NCBI GenBank assembly: GCA_030167865.1 | Contig: JALAGF010001278.1 | Location: 45,052 to 65,051, forward strand | Direction: 5' to 3' | Length of the DNA stretch: 20,000 nucleotides | Source: Craspedostauros australis | Lineage: Eukaryota | Shown here: positions 1 to 8,526 of the stretch, in pieces | Numbering within the stretch: the stretch's first letter is position 1 | Layout of the letters: the number at the start of each line of letters is the position of its first letter | Notes under the pieces: model-generated | Databases searched by the model: none | The model's input: only the letters and a program-made list of their open reading frames with translations | Told to the model about the DNA's origin: nothing | Position numbers and translations under genes: made by a program

Positions 1-1095
1 CGCTCTCCATTAATAATATTATGCTGCACAAGGATGGTTCTCGCACAGACAGCAGAGCGACGTGGAATAGTGGGGTATAGTGGCGCAGTGGTGGTGATCG
101 CTGGAGTCTTGGTGGCAATGGAATGCAATGTCCAACGCGAAACGCTTCTCCTTGCCCGCGATACTCCGCTTCTCCGTTCCTCTATCTCACTTTGTGTCGT
201 CGAGTAAGACCAGTCAATGCCATTGTTCTCATTCCTGACATCACCATCAATCACATCGAGGTGGCAACCGCCAGTTTTCTCCAAGAAATGACCAATTTCG
301 TCATCTTGTCTTTCCGTTCGTCCCGAAATTTGTGTCTCATTGGAGGCATCTCGGCATCCTCAAGTCATGCCCAGAAACACACGATTGGGTCATTCACGAA
401 TACTTGCTTCACACGTGATTCAATGGCTATGTCTCAACACAAAGCTAACTAAGTACTTCAACTCACTCCTGTTCTTTCAAATTCAAAGGTGAGCGAGCCG
501 GCCGATGCGTCGCCGTTACAAACTGATGAGATTTGAAATGTGAAAACGAAAACGAACGAAACGACCACCACAACAACAGCCACAAACATCACATCTTTGT
601 CCGTGGCGGAATTCATTCCGTGATCGCAAAAGAACAGCCGCGGCATTTGAACTCTCTTTGTGTTCAACATGTGCCAACGCAACACAATGCAAACGCAGTT
701 GCGTCGGATCGTATCATGCCGTATCGGATTCGAACGATCTGCTACCGTTCCTCCTACTTAGCAACAATCACAACGGCGATTCCTCTTTCGGAATTGCAAT
801 TGACCACACCGAAAGGCGCTGCCTCCATCCGCAAAGTTAACGCAGCAGATAATCGATTGCGTGTCGCCACATAACCCTCAACGATGGTGCAATTGGGAGG
901 GAGACACTTGAATCACGACCTTGAATAGTCCGTTGCCTCCGCATTTCAAAACGAAAGGAGGAAGAAGGAAGGAAGGAGGTCATCTCTCTTTTCACTCTCA
1001 TCGCCATCATCGCTTCATTGTTTTCGGTTCCGCATCTCCGATACAACACCCTCCACACCACCTCCACAAGCGCACACCATAACTCGCTTTGCAGG

Positions 1096-2730
1096 ATGCC
1101 CGGGCATACTCCACCCTCACCTCTGGCGGTTCCACACACCACCGACAATGGTGGTGCTGGCAACGATAGTGACACTGCTCCCGCCGCTGCATCGCCGCAC
1201 GCCAACTTCCTGCCTTCAAGTCCCATGAGCCAAAACCCACAGCTCCCCACGACGGCATCCGCCTTGACGGCCAAAGTCGTCAACACCGACACTGTGCAGA
1301 CCACCAGCAACAAGGCGCATCCCATGGCATCGCAGCCCTCCATCAACTTGAAAGCCACCGAGTCCACGGCCACGGCATCCGAATCTTCCGTCGACGGCCA
1401 GCGCCCTCACCAGCACGGCCCCATCATCGAGGAACGCGATTCGTTGGATTACTTCTTCGAGAACGCCGATTCCGACACATCACGCGAAGTCTCCGTGTCC
1501 ACGACGCAGCCCTTGCATGCGAAAGATGCGGAGGACGAACGCGCATCGCCGATTCGACAGCTGATCAAGATCAGCGCGAACACGTCCTCGGACGAGCCAT
1601 CGCACGAGTTCCAGGACGCCACCACCATGCGCACCATGAAGAATCTGCTCGACGATAACTCCGCCACGGATGACAGCGACGCGGGTGCCGAAGGGGACGA
1701 GGGTGGCAAAGACGAGAACAATGAGGAGAAACAGCAGGGATCGATGGCACCAACGCCCGTCAATGCAATGCCAGCACGGCAGATGAGCCGAACGCCACCG
1801 CAGCAGCAGCAGCACAACACATCCTCCGAGCGTGTGATCGATGATGGCGTGGACACGGGAGCGTTGACACCGCAAGATCCAAGGGCGCGCGTGGCACCGA
1901 TGAGGCGATCAGGATCGATGAGCCATGGGTTGTCGGTCGCCACAGCCAACGACGAAGGACGCGACGTCCTGTCCTACATCGTGGATCGGGTGATGAAGAT
2001 GGGGGAGACGACTGACCTCGAGCAGGAGGCTCTCGATCAGGCCCTGAGGACCGCCGAGTCGCTCCCACACGACGGCTCCGACACGTCCTCCCCTCTCAAG
2101 CTTCAGAATGAGATCATCATGCCTGTGTCGGGATCGTACGATGAAGGATTCGAAGCCGTGGGACGCGGCACCTACCTCAACACATCCACGCTGGTGAATC
2201 CAGCCTACGCCAACGAGGAGAAGAGAGACGAGGACGCGGATGATTCATCGGTCAACCGCCCTGCCTTCTTCATTCACAACCGCCTGCCGGATGTGAGTCC
2301 GCTTCCGTCGCCCGTCGTGTCGATGAGCTATCCACCGCAGAGCGATATTGAGGCACAGCTCACATCGCCGCAAAAGCGGCTGAAGCGCGCCAGAGACAAG
2401 ATGCGCGAAATCGAACGCTACGTCTTCGACAAGGTGTCTCACTCGCCCACGGCGTCTGTTGCCGACAGGAGCCAGAGGTCATTCTCGGTCGCATCCACGC
2501 AGACTGGCATGTCGCTAGCGAACGGGAACACGCAGCCTGGGTCCATCAAGATAGTGAGCACTTCACCGGGCTCCATGCCGCAAGTGATGACGGCGGAGGA
2601 ATTCATGAAGCGACAAAGGCAGAGCCGAAGACGGGATTTGGCACACAACGTGGGGATTGGGTTGCTGGTGGTTGCCGGTGTTTCCTTCGTTGGGGTGATC
2701 ATCTTCATGTGCTTCTACGTTTGGGCATGA
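1096..2730 (+). CDS. Hypothetical, largely disordered tail-anchored membrane protein (~544 aa)
   Basis: Long ORF (track 1018..2730 starts at TTG; first in-frame ATG is 1096, alternative 1225). It is S/T/P/D/E-rich and low-complexity, with a short coiled-coil-like stretch (QKRLKRARDKMREIERY), a basic patch (KRQRQSRRR) and a single hydrophobic helix at the extreme C-terminus (VGIGLLVVAGVSFVGVIIFMCFYVWA*). No N-terminal signal peptide. Confidence 0.8.
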   Translation: MPGHTPPSPLAVPHTTDNGGAGNDSDTAPAAASPHANFLPSSPMSQNPQLPTTASALTAKVVNTDTVQTTSNKAHPMASQPSINLKATESTATASESSVDGQRPHQHGPIIEERDSLDYFFENADSDTSREVSVSTTQPLHAKDAEDERASPIRQLIKISANTSSDEPSHEFQDATTMRTMKNLLDDNSATDDSDAGAEGDEGGKDENNEEKQQGSMAPTPVNAMPARQMSRTPPQQQQHNTSSERVIDDGVDTGALTPQDPRARVAPMRRSGSMSHGLSVATANDEGRDVLSYIVDRVMKMGETTDLEQEALDQALRTAESLPHDGSDTSSPLKLQNEIIMPVSGSYDEGFEAVGRGTYLNTSTLVNPAYANEEKRDEDADDSSVNRPAFFIHNRLPDVSPLPSPVVSMSYPPQSDIEAQLTSPQKRLKRARDKMREIERYVFDKVSHSPTASVADRSQRSFSVASTQTGMSLANGNTQPGSIKIVSTSPGSMPQVMTAEEFMKRQRQSRRRDLAHNVGIGLLVVAGVSFVGVIIFMCFYVWA

Positions 2731-3333
2731 AGAACAGGGGATCGATCGAGTTACGTATGCACAGTACTCTTCGAATACATAAGATAGGTGCATGCTTTAG
2801 TACTGGTTAGAAATGGATGACAACACAAGATTCTACTCGTTTGGTATCGTGCGTCATCCTCATCTTGCACCTCGAATACCTTGCATGGAAATGATTCCAT
2901 GGTGAGCAGTAGCACGGACAGCACTGATGTTGACGCTGACGCTGGTGTTGAAGTTCCTACACCTATCTGCCTACGCCATCACTTTCGTCATGATGGAATC
3001 GAAGGAGTCCGGAATCCGAGATGCGTACGGAATCTTCCTGATCGCAAGAATTCAAATTTTGGTTGGAGGTGGGTCGTGTTGCGTCGATCAAAGTGGTGGG
3101 AACACACACCGAGAAACTTCGTGACAGTGGAAGAGAACGGCTTCCGTGACAGGTACATCAATTATTATTCGGAAGCGAAGACACATGATGCCCACTTCAT
3201 CCGAAGGTTGTTCGCGGGACATGTGATGAGCTCGCCGTGCTTGCGAAGCACAGCAAGGCGGTTCCTCCTGCTTCGATGAATCCAGAAGCTAATCGCATCA
3301 CTATCTTTACCATCATCATTGTACCAACACATC

Positions 3334-4773
3334 ATGAAGTCAAGAAAGAGCATCGCAGAGTCCGCACCATCCTCCAGCGCCACCGCACCGCCGACTGCTG
3401 TGGCAGACAATGGCAGGACTGGAAGTAGCGACCATGTTAACAACGGCGACAACCGCAAAGATCGAAGCCAGATGAATCGGGACGCGGAGATGACGGCCGA
3501 ATCGCAGCATTCCGCAGCATTGCACTCTGCATCCAGCGGAAAACGCAGCAAGAAGCGATCGAGCGATCCTCACGAGAAGAAGACAGGAGCAACAGAGGTT
3601 GCGACCAAACGAACCAGCTCATCATCCTTCCAGCAACGCATGCAGGCCTATCAGAGAGACTTTGGTGGTTCCGGCCATGCCAGCGCAACGCAACACACAG
3701 GCAACGCAAAGCGTGATCGCAGGGAATCATCAAGCCAGTCGCTGTCCATCGCAAGCGGGAACACGGACGGCACGAGCAAGGATTCGAACGGCAAGCGTAC
3801 GAGTCGTACCAACCACGTTGCCAGCCATGATGATGACGATGACGACGACGATGAAAGTCCCGATCTCACAAGAGAGCAGCGCAAAGTGGTGCAGCTGCTG
3901 GCGGCACAAGCCTACCACCTTCCAGGCAACACATCCTTCCAAGACTGGATGCAATACGTGTGGAGCAACAACCATCCCATCTTCGGCATCTGTTGCCATC
4001 ATCCCTTGCATCCGCTGGGCAAGTGCTCCCGTGCCGTGGCACTGCTGGGATTGGCACTGCTGGGTCTCATCCTCACCAACATCATCTACCTGGCATCCAC
4101 CACAGAGGAGTATTCGCATTTCAATGATCCCCTCGTCACTGTCATGGTGGGCGATAACACGGACACCGCTGACATTGACACCACCGCTGACACCGACGCA
4201 TCTACATCCACACTCCCATCCGCCTACACCATCACGACCGGAATGATGATACTGTGGACTGTCGGCGGTGTGCTCCACACCGTGTTCTCGTTGTTCATTT
4301 GGCAGCTATCCGCCTGCGCCTGTTGTCGCTCGGGTGGATGGCTGGAGCGCATCGCATGCTGCCCCTCTCTGGGCAAGCGACTGGCCCGCCTGATCGTTCT
4401 GGCGCTGTGCCTTCTTGCGACGGCGATCGTCTTGACGCGTGCTTCCAGCGTCACGGATGTCAGCGATCACGACGGCAACACGATCGTGACCAACGAAGTG
4501 CCTGCTCAACAACCGCAACCCTCGACGATCGATGAAACGGCCGACGATCGGCGCAACTTCCAGTTCCTTGTCGGATACAGCGTCGAGCTGTTCCTGCTGA
4601 TGTTCGTGTACTATCCTCTTGGCGCGACGTTGTTGTTTTCGGGCGTTTTGGGTTGCGGTCGTGTGCCGGTGCTGGGTGGACGTCCACGAGACATGTGGAT
4701 GCTGGAGCAGCAACGGCAGCGCAAGGCGCGGCGGCAGAATCGTAGACGGCAGCGCGCCGAGAGAATGATATAG
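3334..4773 (+). CDS. Hypothetical multi-pass (~4 TM) membrane protein with disordered N-terminus (~479 aa)
   Basis: First ATG in the ORF is at 3334. The N-terminal ~175 aa are low-complexity and end in a poly-Asp tract. A folded-looking region follows (WMQYVWSNNHPIFGICCHHPLHPL) with about four hydrophobic segments, a Cys-rich juxtamembrane loop (SACACCR...ACCP) and an Arg-rich tail. Confidence 0.8.
   Translation: MKSRKSIAESAPSSSATAPPTAVADNGRTGSSDHVNNGDNRKDRSQMNRDAEMTAESQHSAALHSASSGKRSKKRSSDPHEKKTGATEVATKRTSSSSFQQRMQAYQRDFGGSGHASATQHTGNAKRDRRESSSQSLSIASGNTDGTSKDSNGKRTSRTNHVASHDDDDDDDDESPDLTREQRKVVQLLAAQAYHLPGNTSFQDWMQYVWSNNHPIFGICCHHPLHPLGKCSRAVALLGLALLGLILTNIIYLASTTEEYSHFNDPLVTVMVGDNTDTADIDTTADTDASTSTLPSAYTITTGMMILWTVGGVLHTVFSLFIWQLSACACCRSGGWLERIACCPSLGKRLARLIVLALCLLATAIVLTRASSVTDVSDHDGNTIVTNEVPAQQPQPSTIDETADDRRNFQFLVGYSVELFLLMFVYYPLGATLLFSGVLGCGRVPVLGGRPRDMWMLEQQRQRKARRQNRRRQRAERMI
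3827..3853 (+). repeat. (GAT/GAC)n coding microsatellite encoding poly-Asp
   Basis: The gatgatgacgatgacgacgacgat run is in frame with the membrane-protein ORF. Confidence 0.8.
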
Positions 4774-5724
4774 AGCGTCGAGTCCCAGTCGAGTACTACT
4801 CGTATGTAGATGGAGTGTTGGGTATAGATTATAGATTATTAAATACAGCAGAATGCAACGCATGATACATGTTTTGCGTACGAGCATGATATGGCCATGG
4901 CGTCGGGGACCTTGACGCCGTGCCATGGTTGTTCAATTGCCGGGTGAGCATTCCTTCGCATGACACTGTTCTGGTAAACACCAGTTGAATTCTGGAACAG
5001 TGCTTGCTCACATGAGCGCACGAGTACATGCGGATAGTACTTGCACGTGCGTAGGTACGTACTCTACGCCATTTGTACGCGACGCTGCCCTTGCCCAATG
5101 AGCGATGCTGATGTGCCTACTATACCTAACAATACGAAACGTGATCTCATTGCATCATCGGTCATTTCGATGTCGTTGATGACATGCATCGCGCGATGGA
5201 GGATGGCGACACGATTGCAACGGACATCCTATTCAAACGATACTGTTCGAGGACCGAAACGGACAGCCTTGGATTGTGACTAAAGAGTCATGGTTGAGCG
5301 AAGGAGGTCACAAGCCAACAATCCCGACAAGACTGGACTGGAAGATACTTTGGCAGTCATTTTGACGGCACCACACAAGATACGGGCAAGCCAACCGAAT
5401 GTTCCTCCCACGTCGCAATGGTGCCAATGTCCACATCAAACGATCTCTGGAGAACAAACGGAGACTTGTTGCCAACAGAGTTGCCGCTTTCATCGCAACA
5501 TCACAGCATCACAACATCACAGTATCACGACATCCAACCACGCAGAGTCGAAAAAGAAGCAACTGCAACTCTCTGGAATCGCGCTGCCTCTCCATCAAGT
5601 GCCCGTAGCTGCGCTTCACTTGAGTGCGCTATACTTGCACCAATTGCACCACTTGCACAAGCTATTCCATTATATAGCAATCACGGTGCTTCCGTCGTCT
5701 CCAAGTGTTATTCCTATTTGCATT

Positions 5725-5775
5725 ACCACTTGCAATACCACCTGTAAAAACACCTGTAAAACCGCCTGTAATACC
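5725..5775 (+). repeat. Imperfect 12-bp tandem repeat just upstream of the nuclease start codon
   Basis: Four units: accacttgcaat / accacctgtaaa / aacacctgtaaa / accgcctgtaat. Confidence 0.7.
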
Positions 5776-5787
5776 ATCTATTATACA

Positions 5788-7682
5788 ATGCCACGCCATC
5801 ATCATCCATCGACAACATCGTTGGCATCGGTGCTTGTCGCTTTGCTGGCATCATCGGTGCTTGTCACAGCTGCGGACGCGGCAAAGTTTGCAGACTGCAC
5901 CAATGTCACGTTCTACAGCACCCTGAGTGGCAACAGCACCACGTGGACGAGAGAGGAGCTGCAGTCGTTGCTGAAGTCTCGGCATGAGACAGTCCCGTTC
6001 ACCAACGCTGCCAACGAAGGCACGGATGATGCGTGGGCTGCCATCCGGGCGTTGGATCCCGAACTTGAGTTCAACGTCGTCAAGAAGGTGCATCTGCTCT
6101 ACAAGAATGTGGAAGTCAACGCAGTTCCCTTCGGCGGCGTCAACTGGCAGAGAGGTCACGTCTGGGATGTGAGACGCGGCATCAGCGCGGATGGAGCAGA
6201 CTACTCCGACGTGCACAATCTCCGTCCCGTCATGAAGGCCGGGGAGGATGAGCGCAAGCTGACGCAGGGATACTTCGGAGAGTGCGGCGCGTTGGAGGCG
6301 CCCAACTCCTGCACGGAACCGGCCGCGGGTGGCGCATCGGACACCTGCAAGTGCAGCAAGCTGTACGAACCGGCCGATGATCGCAAAGGCGAGATCGCAC
6401 GCACTCTGCTCTACATGGACCTGCGCTACGATGGCAGTGAGACGAACACCCAGGATCTCACGTTGACAGACTGTCCATTCGATCTGCAGACGGACATGGG
6501 GTACCTCAGCCAGGTGTTGCAATGGAACACCATGTACCCGCCGGATGCTCGGGAACTCAACCGCAACGATGTGGCATGCGGGGATTGGCAGAACAACCGC
6601 AATCCGTTCGTCGATTTCCCAGAGCTGGCGGAACGGCTCTATCCGGCTCCGCAGGCGCTTCCGGCGCAGGGTGAGCTGTCGTACGCATCATGCGCGGACG
6701 TGCCCACGCAAACGCCAGCGTCGCCACCCAACGAATGCGAAAAGATCAAGCCAGGTGATATCTACGTGTACCTGATGAACAGCCAGGATCCGGATGAAGT
6801 GGGATTGTTCCCCTTCGTGGACCTCCCGGAGGGCCTCGTGCTGTACATGACGGACAATGCCTGGGACGGCCTAAAATACAAAACCAACGAGGGGATTCTC
6901 AAGGTGAGCCATGGTTCTGCTTCTACTATTACGGTGCTTTCGTGCGTTTGTGCACGCGGCGATGCAAGGCCCTGTTCCATGAATTTGAGGACGGATGAGT
7001 AGCACTGCTGAGTGGAAGTGGCAACTCGCAATACATTCTGCTGCTCGACTGCTATACTTCATTCCTAACGTTGATGTTGTTTTCCAAACTCATTGTTGAT
7101 TCATCGTGGAACTTGTAATCTCACTTTCGATCTCACTTTCGCTCTCACTCTCACTCTCACTCTCGCTTATCACAGCTGACTGTCCCTGCAGGCGGCATAA
7201 AGTTTGGAACGCAGTTTGGCTTCGGCCCCCAATTCTCGGATCTGCCGGGCAATGATTGGAAGAAGGAGGAGGGTGTCTTCTCCTTGACCGGCCAAGGCGA
7301 TCAGATCTTCCTCTACTGCTTTTCGGGCGACAACATGGTCCAGACCAAGCTGGGCTTCAGCTACAGCGGAGAGTGGGCGGCGAGCGGCCTCCCGGACTAC
7401 GGTCTGAACGAAAGCGCCCTGCCACCGGAGTTGAAGACCAAAGGGTCGATCGTGCTGCCGCACTTTGACAACTACCAGTACGACGGACCATCGGCCGCCA
7501 ACAAGAGAGGCTGCGATAGCGCATGCGTGATCGCTGGATTGGAGGACACGAAGAATTACGACGGGAGGGACGATGTGCGATTCCAGGCTGGACGTCAGAG
7601 CGGTGCCAACGCCGTGATTGGCTTGAGCTTCGTCACGTTGTCGACCTTGGTTGTGGCATTCTTTGGTGCAGCTGCTTTGTAG
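5788..7682 (+). CDS. Secreted, probably GPI/membrane-anchored endonuclease I (Bsn extracellular ribonuclease-like, His-Me finger) family protein; exons 5788-6903 and 7176-7682 (~540 aa)
   Basis: ATG 5788 is followed by a signal peptide (LASVLVALLASSVLVTAADA). Family motifs: WQRGHVW (cf. WNREHVW), SDVHNLRP, EPADDRKGEIARTLLYMDLRY and QW...PPDARELNRND...QNNRNPFVDFPEL. The donor AAG|GTGAGC at 6903/6904 and acceptor CACAG| at 7175 join in phase 0 to give NEGILK-LTVPAGGI, in frame with track ORF 7284..7682. The protein ends in a hydrophobic tail (SGANAVIGLSFVTLSTLVVAFFGAAAL*). Confidence 0.9.
6904..7175 (+). other. Spliceosomal GT-AG intron (272 bp) in the nuclease gene
   Basis: GTGAGC donor, pyrimidine-rich 3' part and CACAG acceptor. 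Removing it restores a continuous frame and bypasses the stop ending the first ORF at 7002. Confidence 0.85.
7119..7166 (+). repeat. (TCTCAC)n-type hexamer repeat at the intron 3' end
   Basis: tctcactttcga tctcactttcgc tctcac tctcac tctcac tctcgc, immediately before the acceptor. Confidence 0.8.
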
Positions 7683-8526
7683 GAAGAGTGGCACGTCTGT
7701 CATCTTTGAAGTGATGGCGCACGAGAGATGAATGCAAACGCTAGAAAGAAATCGGCTGTGATACTTACGAGCCAGGGAGAAGGACACCAGCAGAGCATGG
7801 CAGCCAAGAGGAAGGACGCATGCGTGCGTCTGGGACGCAGCCTAGCGTGCTGTCAGGACTTAATAGAATATAGCATCCGTGCTCAGCATGTCCACTCTGC
7901 CTCCATCTGCAGTGTGGCGGAGAGCGATGAAGCCAGCCATGGATGGAGTCGAGGCATTGGAAGAAACAACTTTGCATCTATAGCATGTAGAATAGTATGA
8001 TCGTGTTGTTTTATGACGCAGAAGAACAAAGACAACCTCCTCCGTTCGTCGGCACTGCATGCGCATGAGTATGGTGGAACGATCACATGGATGGAGATGA
8101 TGATGATGGTGGCGTCGCATCGTGATGTTAAAGTTGAGCATCTGCATCTCTTTCAATCGCTCGAGGTCGCTCTTGCTTCGCGTGTGATGCTATGCGATCG
8201 AACAGGCAAAAGACGGTCCAAGAAGAGGAAAGCGAACTGGCACAACCACACGACCAACGCGAAACAACAACCATGACCGCAAAGAGAAACGTGAAAAGTG
8301 GTATCGGAACGCACATCAATTTCACGAGAGCCATACTCTTCTTCGCTCTCCTTCTTCTGCCTCCCCTTCCATTCCCTTCTTTTCACATTCTCGAGGCTGA
8401 ATCGTCGTAAAGCACCTTGGTCGCCGTTGCTACTGCCGCTGCCACTATCACTGCAATTGCGATTGCTATTGCCATCATCATCATCATCATCATCCTTGGC
8501 GCCAACATCATCCACCAGTTGCCACC

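Noticed and set aside
1-10. Possible start codon (ATG at 10, minus strand) of a divergent gene leaving the window
   Set aside because: Only about three codons are visible, so it cannot be supported.
72-130. tRNA-like D-arm string (GTGGCGCAGTGGT)
   Set aside because: No T-arm GTTCRA motif or pairing acceptor stem at the expected distance.
5290-5787. 166-aa N-terminal extension of the nuclease ORF, including a CxxxC periodic pattern (CITTCNTTCKNTCKTACNT)
   Set aside because: The Cys periodicity comes from the 12-bp DNA repeat. The signal peptide begins at ATG 5788, and the upstream sequence looks like promoter/UTR (TATATA near 5671).
6904-7002. C-terminus of track ORF 5290..7002 (VSHGSAST...)
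   Set aside because: It is intron read-through after a strong donor site.
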